Part shown: piece after piece, positions 50,928 to 61,935 of the stretch
How positions within the stretch are numbered: position 1 is the stretch's first letter
How the letters are laid out: the number at the start of each line of letters is the position of its first letter
NCBI GenBank assembly: GCA_002269645.1
Contig: NIVC01001361.1
Location: forward strand, 124,001 to 188,000
Reading direction: 5' to 3'
DNA from: Macrostomum lignano
Taxonomy: Eukaryota
DNA length: 64,000 bases
Notes under the pieces: model-generated
Told to the model about the DNA's origin: nothing
Databases searched by the model: none
What the model saw: only the letters and a program-made list of their open reading frames with translations
Program-made: the position numbers and the translations under genes

Positions 50928-51374
50928 CCGTGATGAAGGACATCCCGAACTGCAACTGGCTGGAGCAGTGGACCCAGCTAGCCAAGAGATTCGCTTTCCA
51001 GCACAATCCGGCGCTGCAGTACCGCGCAATCATTGTACTCGGCTGCATCTCCAAGTCCGTATCGGAGAACGAGATCAAGCATCTGCTGCGAATCATGGTC
51101 AAATCGCTAGAGAGCTACGCGCGCGACCTCGAAGTCATCGACAAGGACGTCCGCATGCACAGGGGCGTCGAGTCGCAGTGGAACTCCGACCTGACGCTAA
51201 TCGAAGCTACTATAATGTCGGTGACTCGCCTGCTGCCGCTGTTGAACCCGAACTCGCCAATACATAAGCACATCTTCTGGATTGCCCTGTGCGTGCTGCA
51301 GTTGGACGAGGTCAGCCTGTACGCTGCCGGACTGGCCCTGCTAGAGCAGAGCTTGGACAATCTCGATAATCAGG
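50928..51374 (+). CDS. NF1: NF1 exon 26
   Basis: VMKDIPNCNWLEQWTQLAKRFAFQHNPALQ...LYAAGLALLEQ. Confidence 0.94.
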
Positions 51375-51484
51375 GTGAGAATTTGCTTACCTGCGTGTTT
51401 TTTAGTTATTTCAATTATCAAAACTGGGCCCAGTACTCATTGCTGTTAGTGATCATGGTCATAGAATCGCAAGTGAGGTCATAG

Positions 51485-51835
51485 CAGCTGGTGTTATAGC
51501 AAATTTGGTCATGACAGCTGGTATCATAGCAACTTTGGTCATAACAGCTGGTGTCATAGCAACTTTAGTCATAACAACTGGTGTCATAGCAACTTTAGTC
51601 ATAACAACTGGTGTCATAGCAACTTTAGTCATAACAACTGGTATCATAGCAACTTTAGTCATAACAGCTGGTGTCATAGCAACTTTAGTCATAACAACTG
51701 GTGTCATAGCAACTTTAGCCATAACAACTGGTGTCATAGCAACTTTAGCCATAACAACTGGTGTCATAGCAACTTTAGCCATAACAACTGGTGTCATAGC
51801 AACTTTAGTCATAACAACTGGTGTCATAGCAACTA
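51485..51835. repeat. Minisatellite, 30-bp unit, NF1 intron 26
   Basis: gtcatagcaactttagtcataacaactggt. Confidence 0.94.
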
Positions 51836-51926
51836 GGGTCATACCTCACTAGCTGCATTCTTAGATCTCCATAAAACAGCATGTTACAAAGCTCCGCTCC
51901 CCTGTCTGCCAATACAAATTTTCCAG

Positions 51927-52164
51927 GCATGTTCACCGATCGCTCATTGGAGAGCATAATGATGGAATACCGGCAGCCGCTAATCCTGCACATCTCTTAC
52001 AAACAGCTGGACAACTGTGTCGGCCTGTCATTCCGCGAGAATTTTCACTTCGCCCTAGTTGGCCACCTGTTGAAGGGTTTCCGCCATCCCAGTCCTAAAA
52101 CTCTGTCGCGCACAATTCGAGTTCTATCCATGCTACTGTCTATCGTGGCCAAGCCGGAGAAGCG
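51927..52164 (+). CDS. NF1: NF1 exon 27
   Basis: VGLSFRENFHFALVGHLLKGFRHP. Confidence 0.94.
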
Positions 52165-52286
52165 GTTAGTTAATAACAGAATAATGCGCGTATTGCACTA
52201 CTGCTCATCTGGATTAAGTAGTGCGATAAGTAAATTGTTATTATCTTAATACTTTTCTATTCTAATTCTGAATCGCCCAATAATAG

Positions 52287-52390
52287 AGACAAATACGAGG
52301 TGACGCCAAACAGCGTGGCTTACCTAACCGCCCTGGTCGCCGTCTCCGAGGAAGTCCGCAGCCGCTGCCATCTTCGATTTCATGTCAAGC
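52287..52390 (+). CDS. NF1: NF1 exon 28
   Basis: DKYEVTPNSVAYLTALVAVSEEVRSRCH. Confidence 0.92.
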
Positions 52391-52721
52391 GTAAGCGCTA
52401 TACATTGTATTGTATGTACTAATATCTTGAATTCGTACTAGTAGACGTACTACAGTACTGTAATAACTGATAATATGAGCCCTATTCAGTTGCGTACTAA
52501 CCGCGCCCGTTTTGCTTAACTTGCCCCCCCCCACTGGCGATTCTTTTCCACTAAAAATACTGTTCAAGGGCTAAAAGCAAAAATAGATCAGATTGGTCAA
52601 TCGTTTTGATCGGGTTATTTAGACCACTCGAAGGGGGTGCGAAAGTGGCTAGTCAACATATACTAAATCTTCGAGTCATGCATTGCCAATTTGCATCCCA
52701 TCCCGCCGCTGCACAATCCAG

Positions 52722-53035
52722 CCTGCCAGATGATGGGAGCAATGGTTGTTGAAAGCAATTCAACGGAGAGTGTGAGCGAACTGCAACAGCAGCAGCAGCA
52801 GCATTTGCAAGCCGTTTCGCCTGGCCTTGGCAACAGTTCTTCTCCGCCTCTGCTTCAACAGCAGCCGTCGCAAGCTTCACCATTCTCTAACTCTGCCGCT
52901 GGTCCAGTTGTTGTGCGTCAGAAGTGCTGCGACGCCGCCGCAGCTGCAGCAGCCGGCGGAGCTCCAGCTGATGCTGCTGGCACATCTGGCAGACCGACTG
53001 TCGCCCAGAAGCAACAGGCCTATCAGCTGTCTCAG
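52722..53035 (+). CDS. NF1: NF1 exon 29 (low-complexity linker)
   Basis: ccAG|CC phase matches exon 28; Q/A/S-rich ORF; donor CAG|GTGCGT phase 0. Poorly conserved, so weaker support. Confidence 0.7.
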
Positions 53036-53369
53036 GTGCGTCTTCTTTTATAATTAGTTTACGGTTTGCAAAGTTTTAGTTGTTTAATATTTTTTACAAA
53101 ATAATTTCATCTACGTTAATGGCGCTTTCCGCGTTTACTGTTTTAAACAAATCTTTTTATTATAATATAGCGCACTATAGACACTGCCTACAATGACTTA
53201 AAATTGATCTATCAGATTTAAGCAGTCAATTTCGCATACAATTATGCTATTAAGTTCTTTAGCTCAATTAATTCAATTAGGTTTTCTCTTCTGGACCAGT
53301 TTTGTTGTGTCAGCAATTTAATTATGAAATAATTAGTTATTGCAGGTGATAAAAGCTATCAAAAGCAGC

Positions 53370-54140
53370 TATCTACCCACCTTTTCTGCTATCTACCCGC
53401 CTCTGTCCGCTATCTACCCACCTCTCCGCTATCTACCCGCCTCGGCCCGCTACCTACCCGCCTCTGTCCGCTATCTATCCGCCTCTGTTCGCTATCTATC
53501 CGCCTCTGTTCGCTATCTATCCGCCTCTGTTCGCTATCTATCCGCCTCTGTCCGCTATCTATCCGCCTCTGTTCGCTATCTATCCGCCTCTGTTCGCTAT
53601 CTACCCACCTCCGTCCGCTACCTACCCGCCTCTGTTCGCTACCTACCCACCTCTGCCCGCTATCTACCCACCTCTGTCCGCTATTTACCCGCCTCTATCC
53701 GCTATCTACACACCTCTATCCGCTATCTATCCGCCTCTGTTCGCTATCTATCTGCCTCTGTCCGCTATCTATCCGCCTCTGTTCGCTATCTATCCGCCTC
53801 TGTCCGCTATCTATCCGCCTCTGTTCGCTATCTATCCGCCTCTGTTCGCTATCTATCCGCCTCTGTTCGCTATCTATCCGCCTCTGTCCGCTATCTATCC
53901 GCCTCTGTTCGCTATCTATCCGCCTCTGTCCGCTATCTATCCGCCTCTGTTTGCTATCTATCCGCCTCTGTCCGCTATCTACCCACCTCTCCGCTATCTA
54001 CCCGCCTCGGCCCGCTACCTACCCGCCTCTGTCCGCTATCTATCCGCCTCTGTTCGCTATCTATCCGCCTCTGTTCGCTATCTACCCACCTTTGTTCGCT
54101 ATCTACCCACCTCTCCGCTATCTACGCACCTTTGCCCGCC
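53370..54140. repeat. Minisatellite, 21-bp unit (ctatctatccgcctctgttcg), NF1 intron 29
   Basis: Visible. Confidence 0.94.
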
Positions 54141-54924
54141 CACCTCTGCCCACTATCTAGCCACCTCTGTCCGCCATTTATCTACCAACCTCCGCTACCT
54201 ACCCATATCTACGCTATCTACCCACTTATGTCTGTAGTCTACCCACCTGTCCGCTCCCTACCCAACCCATCTCATCCCTCTGTCTACCTATCAAATCAAA
54301 TTAGAAGGCTTGTAGATTAGATATTGAAATAAAACTGAAATCGAATGAAATAAGAATAAGGGGATTATTTTTTACACTTTTTTGTCAACTAATTTTACCT
54401 GTTTAATTTTCTCTGTTATTGCGCGAGCTGCGACCGGTTGCCATGCGGAAGTCCCCGCAATTACTCGATTGGCGATTAAAAAATAATTGCCTGAATTTCA
54501 TTCTGTAGTAGATTTTTCATGACCAACTTGTCCGAACAGCCTTGTTAATTCGAAGCAAGCATTAAATTGGTCAAAACATCAAAGCCTCCACTATCTGTTG
54601 GTATCTGTGTGTACTTGTGTGTGTGTGTTTTTTTTTAATTTACATTTTGTTGTCTGTTATAGCTTTGTGTTTTTTGTTCCCATTTTCCTACATTGCAATT
54701 TGCGTTTATTTTAACTAATTGAATCACCGATTTTACCTTTTAATTGTGCGCGCACTTGTGTTAGTTTGCTTTCCGTTCCGTGTTCCCTGCATAGTAACCC
54801 CAGCTGCACTTTTCACTTGGACTCTTAATCGGTTCTGTTTGCTCATTTTTTCTAACTATTTATGAGTAGCAATTATTGTTTGAAGTTTGTTTTGTTAATT
54901 AGTTGTCATGGTGAGGGTCAGAGC

Positions 54925-55163
54925 TTAACGGCCTTGAGAGCCAACCCCCCAAGGCGCAGTGAAGTGTACATGCCTAACAATTGATAAAGTTAGGGCCGCT
55001 GTACACTCCTGTGTGAGTGTGTGCCTGCGTACGTATCCGCGCGCTTGTGTGCCTGCTCAGGGGAGTCGGCGGAATGGGCAGTAATGCCTCTCGCCGGTTG
55101 TGTGCCCATGTCGCTTAAAGTGCGCCAGGGTGCACACAACCCCCCTGCCTCTAATAAAAAAAA
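54925..55163 (+). mobile_element. 5'-truncated SINE with A tail and 12-bp target-site duplication
   Basis: gagggtcagagc at 54913-54924 and 55164-55175; body is the reverse complement of 41012-41260. Confidence 0.85.
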
Positions 55164-55175
55164 GAGGGTCAGAGC

Positions 55176-55450
55176 GGCTCTGCAGCGGTGAACGCATCTG
55201 ACTCTCTCGCGCCGCGACCTCCCCCCCCCCTGGTTCCTGGTTCGGTTCCCCTCGCGACCACATTCATTAGGGGCTTTTGTGCGCGAAAATTGGCCGGGGG
55301 GTTGTCGTGCGATGCACAGCCCTGAGAGCCAACCCCCAAGGCACAGAAAGTGTACATGCCTGACAATTGGAAAGTCAAAGGGCTGCTGTACACCCTGTGT
55401 GAGCGTGTGTACAAGTGCGTGCCTGAGTACTGTATTTGCCCGCTTGTATG
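55176..55450 (+). mobile_element. Second, more diverged SINE copy
   Basis: tRNA-like head (..gcagcggtgaacgc..ggttcggttcc) plus the shared body. Confidence 0.6.
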
Positions 55451-55833
55451 TGCTCATGTTTATAATACACTGTAGTTGCCATGGTGACTCGCAAGCCTCG
55501 CTGAAGCGCAGCTAACAACTATTTATAGCCTGGATAGCTTATTTGCAGTCATACGTATTTAGCGGCCGTCTCTGAGGCCCCGAAAACCCCGAGGTTAGGG
55601 CCACAGACATTGGCTGCGACCATGTCAGTCAGATTCGAATGCTTTTCAAGTGGTTTCCTCCGAGTGCTAAGGCTTGTGAGCAGCACAGCAGAAGCTATAG
55701 TCTATGGTCTGAACCCCGGGGTTTTCGCTCTGCGGCCAGGCTGCTGGAGTGGCCCATCTAGGAGTATATAGAATCTGTGCTTCTACTCTGCTTAGCAAAT
55801 AAATAAACTGATCAAAGAACTTCAAGTGAGAAA

Positions 55834-55948
55834 ATGAGCGGATTGAGCGCCAGCGACAACCAGGATAGCCTTCTGGATGAGACGTCAAAATTGTCGGCTG
55901 CTTCTGCTACTGCTGCCAACTGCCACGGAGACTCGGGCGTAGAGAATG
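55834..55948 (+). CDS. Nested kinase exon 1
   Basis: MSGLSASDNQDSLLDETSKL...VEN G|GTAATT; phase 1 matches the next exon. Confidence 0.65.
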
Positions 55949-55969
55949 GTAATTTGCTGCTTTAATTGC

Positions 55970-56520
55970 GATCTAGATAGAGGAGAAGAACGATCTAGAT
56001 AGAGGAGAAGAGCGGTCTAGATAGAGGTGAAGAGCGGTCTAGATAGAGGTCAAGAGCGGTCTAGATAGAGGAGAAGAGCGGTCTAGATAGAGGAGAAGAG
56101 CGATCTAGATAGAGGTGAAGAGCGATCTAGATAGAGGTGAAGAGCGATCTAGATAGAGGAGAAGAGCGATCTAGATAGAGGTGAAGAGCGGTCTAGATAG
56201 AGGAGAAGAGCGGTCTAGATAGAGGTGAAGAGCGATCTAGATAGAGGTGAAGAGCGGTCTAGATAGAGGTCAAGAGCGGTCTAGATAGAGGAGAAGAGCG
56301 GTCTAGATAGAGGAGAAGAACGATCTAGATAGAGGAGAAGAGCGGTCTAGATAGAGGAGAAGAGCGGTCTAGATAGAGGAGAAGAGCGGTCTAGATAGAG
56401 GAGAAGAGCGGTCTAGATAGAGGAGAAGAGCGGTCTAGATAGAGGTGAAGAGCGGTCTAGATAGAGGTGAAGAGCGGTCTAGATAGAGGAGAAGAGCGGT
56501 CTAGATAGAGGTGAAGAGCG
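55970..56520. repeat. Minisatellite, 22-bp unit (tctagatagaggagaagagcgg), kinase intron 1
   Basis: Visible. Confidence 0.95.
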
Positions 56521-56556
56521 GTCTTCAGATTTGAGCATCTGTAATCCACCCCGCAG

Positions 56557-56835
56557 AATGTACAGTAATCAAAAGCCAACCAGCCGTAGCCAGTTGCCAT
56601 GACGAGGACGATGGCGAAGAGCCCAGCCGGCCTCAGCCGAATCTGCGTGTCCCGGCCGCCCAGCTGGTGGGCGCCAAGCCGGCCAGCTATCGCCAGCTTG
56701 AAGACTCGGTCTGGCCGGGGGCGTTCCGCCAGCGGATGGCCATTCCCTATGCTGAGTACGCTGAGCACTGCCCGCTCGGCCGCATCAATTGGTCCGAATG
56801 GGCGCTGGCTGAACGTGAGGACACTATTCGAAAAG
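56557..56835 (+). CDS. Nested kinase exon 2
   Basis: ccgcAG|AA...EDTIRK G|GTGAGC. Confidence 0.8.
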
Positions 56836-56858
56836 GTGAGCGGCTTTAACTGTATCGA

Positions 56859-58403
56859 GATTTAATTGGTACTCTGAGCCATGATTTAATTGGCACTCTG
56901 AGCCATGATTTAATTGGTACTCTGAGCCAGGATTTAATTGGTACTCTGAGCCATGATTTAATTGGTACTCTGAGCCATGATTTAATTGGTACTCTGAGCC
57001 AGGATTTAATTGGTACTCTGAGCCATGATTTAATTGGTACTCTGAGCCAGGATTTAATTGGTACTCTGAGCCAGGATTTAATTGGTACTCTGAGCCATGA
57101 TTTAATTGGTACTCTGAGCCATGATTTAATTGGTACTCTGAGCCAGGATTTAATTGGTACTCTGAGCCATGATTTAATTGGTACTCTGAGCCAGGATTTA
57201 ATTGGTACTCTGAGCCATGATTTAATTGGTACTCTGAGCTAGGATTTAATTGGTACTCTGAGCCATGATTTAATTGGTACTCTGAGCCAGGATTTAATTG
57301 GTACTCTGAGCCAGGATTTAATTGGTACTCTGAGCCATGATTTAATTGGTACTCTGAGCCATGATTTAATTGGTACTCTGAGCCATGATTTAATTGGTAC
57401 TCTGAGCCAGGATTTAATTGGTACTCTGAGCCATGATTTAATTGGTACTCTGAGCCAGGATTTAATTGGTACTCTGAGCCAGGATTTAATTGGTACTCTG
57501 AGCTAGGATTTAATTGGTACTCTGAGCCATGATTTAATTGGTACTCTGAGCCATGATTTAATTGGTACTCTGAGCCAGGATTTAATTGGTACTCTGAGCT
57601 AGGATTTAATTGGTACTCTGAGCCATGATTTAATTGGTACTCTGAGCCATGATTTAATTGGTACTCTGAGCCAGGATTTAATTGGTACTCTGAGCCATGA
57701 TTTAATTGGTACTCTGAGCCAGGATTTAATTGGTACTCTGAGCCAGGATTTAATTGGTACTCTGAGCCATGATTTAATTGGTACTCTGAGCCATGATTTA
57801 ATTGGTACTCTGAGCCATGATTTAATTGGTACTCTGAGCCAGGATTTAATTGGTACTCTGAGCCAGGATTTAATTGGTACTCTGAGCCATGATTTAATTG
57901 GTACTCTGAGCCAGGATTTAATTGGTACTCTGAGCCAGGATTTAATTGGTACTCTGAGCTAGGATTTAATTGGTACTCTGAGCCAGGATTTAATTGGTAC
58001 TCTGAGCCAGGATTTAATTGGCACTCTGAGCTAGGATTTAATTGGTACTCTGAGCCATGATTTAATTGGTACTCTGAGCCAGGATTTAATTGGTACTCTG
58101 AGCCAGGATTTAATTGGTACTCTGAGCCATGATTTAATTGGTACTCTGAGCCAGGATTTAATTGGCACTCTGAGCCAGGATTTAATTGGTACTCTGAGCT
58201 AGGATTTAATTGGTACTCTGAGCCAGGATTTAATTGGTACTCTGAGCCATGATTTAATTGGTACTCTGAGCCAGGATTTAATTGGTACTCTGAGCCAGGA
58301 TTTAATTGGTACTCTGAGCTAGGATTTAATTGGTACTCTGAGCCAGGATTTAATTGGTACTCTGAGCTAGGATTTAATTGGTACTCTGAGCCAGGATTTA
58401 ATT
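56859..58403. repeat. Homogeneous minisatellite, 24-bp unit (gatttaattggtactctgagccat), about 64 copies, kinase intron 2
   Basis: Variants end ccat/ccag/ctag. Confidence 0.97.
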
Positions 58404-58486
58404 CGAATTTTCTATGTGTTATCTGTGGGTTACTTCTTTTTTAGTTTGCTATAACCATGAGGAACTATCTCATCAACCTTCCACAG

Positions 58487-58806
58487 GCCACCACGCGGTT
58501 TGTCCTCTATTCCGCAGCCGCAAGACCGGCACCCTCTACCGGTGCAAGATAGTCACCTGCAGCCGGGTGCACTTTAACCTCACCGCTCTGGGCTTCAAGG
58601 CTGGCGAATTTGAGCGCCAGATTCGAGCCTGCCTGACGGAACGGCAGCTGCTGTTCGCCTTTGACCATCCGTTTGTGCGCAGCGGGCTGGGCTTCTTTAC
58701 TGACGCCTACTGCAACTTTGGCGTCTTTCTCGAGGAGTTTCCGCACGGAACTCTGTTAGATTATTATGAGAAAAATGAGGACAATAGGATTGTTAGCAAT
58801 TTTAAG
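58487..58806 (+). CDS. Nested kinase exon 3 (N-lobe)
   Basis: HHAVC..KTGTLYRCK..FERQI..FDHPFV..FLEEFPHGTLL. Confidence 0.88.
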
Positions 58807-58824
58807 GTGAGTTTATTCAACTAA

Positions 58825-58985
58825 GTTGATATGGATTAAGCTAAACCGATATGGATTAATCCAGCCGGATATGGATTAAGCTAAGCCGATATGGATTAAG
58901 CTAAGCTGATATGGATTAAGCTAAGCTGATATGGATGAAACTAAGCTGATATGGATGAAACTAAGCCGCTATGGACTAACCTAAG
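58825..58985. repeat. Minisatellite, 20-bp unit (gatatggattaagctaagcc), kinase intron 3
   Basis: Visible. Confidence 0.9.
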
Positions 58986-59136
58986 CCGAAGATTATAACG
59001 AACTCTAATATGAAATCATCTAGGTTAAAATAAATCACACTAATCCGATGGGGATTAAGCCGGGATGTTTAGTGACAATCTGATCAAGAAGGAGCTTTAA
59101 CGCCCCCGCCCCCCCCCCAACATTTGCGTCCCGCAG

Positions 59137-59368
59137 GAGGACGCCATCAGAGCGATCGCTGCCCAGACGGTGCTGGCCCTGGAGTACCTGCACTGCGTTG
59201 GCTGTGTGCATCGCGACGTTCAATCCGCTAATCTGCTTGTCGACGCCAGGGGCTACGTGAAGCTCACCGACTTTGCCATCACGGCTGTGCTGCCGGAGGA
59301 TGGGCAGCCGTTGCGCGATGTCACGTGTTTTCGGTACTACGCGGCGCCTGAGTACTTTAATGGCAAAG
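59137..59368 (+). CDS. Nested kinase exon 4 (catalytic loop, DFx, APE)
   Basis: LALEYLH..VHRDVQSANLLVDARGYVKLTDFA...YYAAPEY. Confidence 0.93.
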
Positions 59369-59479
59369 GTGCGCGGCTGGGGTCCTGCTGACTCGCTTGA
59401 GGTGCCTTTTAGTTGAAGCTTAGGGCAGAAGAGTAGACCTAAATATGCAGAAAATAGACTTGAATCGACAAAGTAGACC

Positions 59480-60200
59480 TAAATAGAAAAGGTAGATCCA
59501 ATAAGGCAGAGTAAACCTAGTTAGACAGAGTAGACCTAATTAGAAAGAAAAGACCTAATTAGCCAAAAATCAGACCTAATTCGACTGTGTAAACCTAATT
59601 AGAAAGAGCAGACCTAATTAGAAAGGGCAGACCTAATTAGAAAGGGCATACCTAATTAGAAAGGGCATACCTAATTAGAAAGAGAAGACCTAATTAGCCA
59701 AAAATCAGACCTAATTAGACTGTGTAAACCTAATTAGAAAGAGCAGACCTAATTAGAAAGGGCAGACCTAATTAAACAAAGATCAGAACTAATTAGAAAG
59801 AGTAGACCTAATTAGAAAGAGTAGACCTAATTAAAAAGAGTAGACCTAATTAGACTGTGTAAACCTGATTAGTAAGAGCAGACCTAATTAGAAAGTGTAA
59901 ACCTAATTAGAAAGAGTAGACCTAATTAGAAAGAGTAGACCTAATTAGAAAAAGTAGACCTAATTAGAAAGAGTAGACCTAATTAGACTGTGTAAACCTA
60001 ATTAGAAAGAGTAGACCTAATTAGAAAGAGTAGACCTAATTAGACTGTGTAAACCTAATTAGAAAGGGCAGACCTAATTGGACAGAGCAGAGCTAATTTA
60101 GACAGAGAGCAGAGCTAATTAGACAGAGTAAACTTAATTAGACAGAGTAAACCTAATTAGACAGAGTAAACCTAATTAGACAGAGAGTAGACTTAATTCG
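59480..60200. repeat. Degenerate minisatellite, 19-bp unit (agacctaattagaaagagt), kinase intron 4
   Basis: Visible. Confidence 0.9.
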
Positions 60201-60372
60201 ATAGACAGTAGACGTTGGACATAAATTAGATTCAATTATGAAGAGCGTTGACCTAATTGTGAAATAAGACTTACACCTGAAGACAGTGTTTCCAGTAGAG
60301 AGTCAGAGTGTAGCAGCCTCCTATTGGTCCTGAAGCACTGTGTGTGCACACTGTACATGCATTCAATTGCAG

Positions 60373-60552
60373 GCTACGGCTGTTCCGTAGATTTTTACGC
60401 GCTGGGCCTGGTGCTGTACGAACTGCTCAGGCAGGAGTGCTTCTGCGAACAGGAGGACGTTTTTGATGCCGACGGCCGCGTGGACTGGGGCCTGCTGCCC
60501 GAGGCGCTGGCCGCTGAGGAGCATCGGCGCCGGCTCACTCAGCGGCTGCTGG
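60373..60552 (+). CDS. Nested kinase exon 5
   Basis: YGCSVDFYALGLVLYELL. Confidence 0.9.
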
Positions 60553-60649
60553 GTGAGGATCAGACTGCATCGGTTGAAACATCTGCGGTTTTGGGATGTG
60601 GGATTTCTGTATGAGGATAGCCTATGGAATTCTTTGGGATATCTATGCT

Positions 60650-60900
60650 ATTTTTACATATTATCTGTATGGGATCTCTATATAGGATCTCTATATGGCA
60701 TCTCTATATGGGATCTTTATGGGATATCTATATGGGATCTTTATGTGGGATCTCTATGTGGGATATCTACATGTATATGGGATCTCTACCGGTATATTGA
60801 ATCTCTACGTATATACGATATCTATGGGATATCTGTATAGGATCTGCATGTGGTCTATATATGGATATCTAAAAGATATCTATATGGAAACTCTGTAATC
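60650..60900. repeat. Degenerate short repeat (atgggatctctat), kinase intron 5
   Basis: Visible. Confidence 0.8.
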
Positions 60901-60944
60901 CCTACATAGGATATCATTTAGCTTTCTCCGCCCCCATCGATCAG

Positions 60945-61303
60945 ACGCCCAAGCGATCAGCGGACAGGCTCCGTCAACGTCCGCCGCCAAAATGGCCGCC
61001 GCCGCCGCGCCGCCGCCGGTGAAGCGGCCGGTGCCGTCGCCTGAGGCGCGCGACTTCGTCGAAGACTGCCTGCTGTGCGAGCCGGGCTGCCGGCCGGACC
61101 GCCGCACCGCCAGGTTCTACGCCTGGTTCAGCGGCATCGACTTCGACCGGCTGTACAATCGGACCCTTGACCTGCCCTGGCGACCGCCTGTGGGCACCTC
61201 AGTGTCCTACCAGCCCGACATTGATGAGGAATATCCCATCGCTAAGGTGCTGGAGCGAAAACCCGTGCCGCCCGAGTTCCAGCCCTATCAGCACCTGTTC
61301 TAG
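60945..61303 (+). CDS. Nested kinase exon 6 (AGC-type tail)
   Basis: SPEARDFVEDCL...WFSGIDFDRLYNRTLDLPWRPPV...QHLF*. Confidence 0.88.
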
Positions 61304-61401
61304 CCCTAATACATTTTTAACACAATTATATGTTCGTGTATATGCCAGATCCAGGCCACCTACCCTGTGACTGTGAAGACTCAAACGAAACTTCATCAGT
61401 A

Positions 61402-61935
61402 TCTAGAGAGAGGGGATCAGCGATCTAGAGAGAGGGGATCAGCGATCTAGAGAGAGGGGATCAGCGATCTAGAGAGAGGGGATCAGCGATCTAGAGAGAG
61501 GGGATCAGCGATCTAGAGAGAGGGGGTCAGCAATCTAGAGAGAGGGGATCAGCGATCTAGAGAGAGGGGATCAGCGATCTAGAGAGAGGGGGTCAGCAAT
61601 CTAGAGAGAGGGGATCAGCGATCTAGAGAGAGGGATCAGCGATCTAGAGAGAGGGGATCAGCGATCTAGAGAGAGGGATCAGCGATCTAGAGAGAGGGGA
61701 TCAGCGATCTAGAGAGAGGGATCAGCGATCTAGAGAGAGGGGATCAGCGATCTAGAGAGAGGGATCAGCGATCTAGAGAGAGGGGATCAGCGATCTAGAG
61801 AGAGGGGATCAGCGATCTAGAGAGAGGGGATCAGCGATCTAGAAGGAGGGGATGAGCGATCTAGAGAGAGGGGATCAGCGATCTAGAAGAGGGGATGAGC
61901 GATCTAGAGAGGAGTGAAGAGCGATGTAGAGAGTA
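61402..61935. repeat. Minisatellite, 22-23-bp unit (gatcagcgatctagagagagggg), downstream of the kinase stop
   Basis: Visible. Confidence 0.94.

Larger units (their letters stand above)
55834..61303 (+). other. Gene span: divergent AGC/PKA-like Ser/Thr kinase (possible pseudokinase), 494 aa, nested in NF1 intron 29
   Basis: join(55834..55948,56557..56835,58487..58806,59137..59368,60373..60552,60945..61303) = 1485 nt, open and phase-consistent. Confidence 0.88.

Noticed and set aside
56859-58403. CRISPR-like regular repeats (also 24810-27095, 37968-38860, 39403-39702)
   Set aside because: Units are head-to-tail with no unique spacers, there are no cas genes, and the context is eukaryotic introns.
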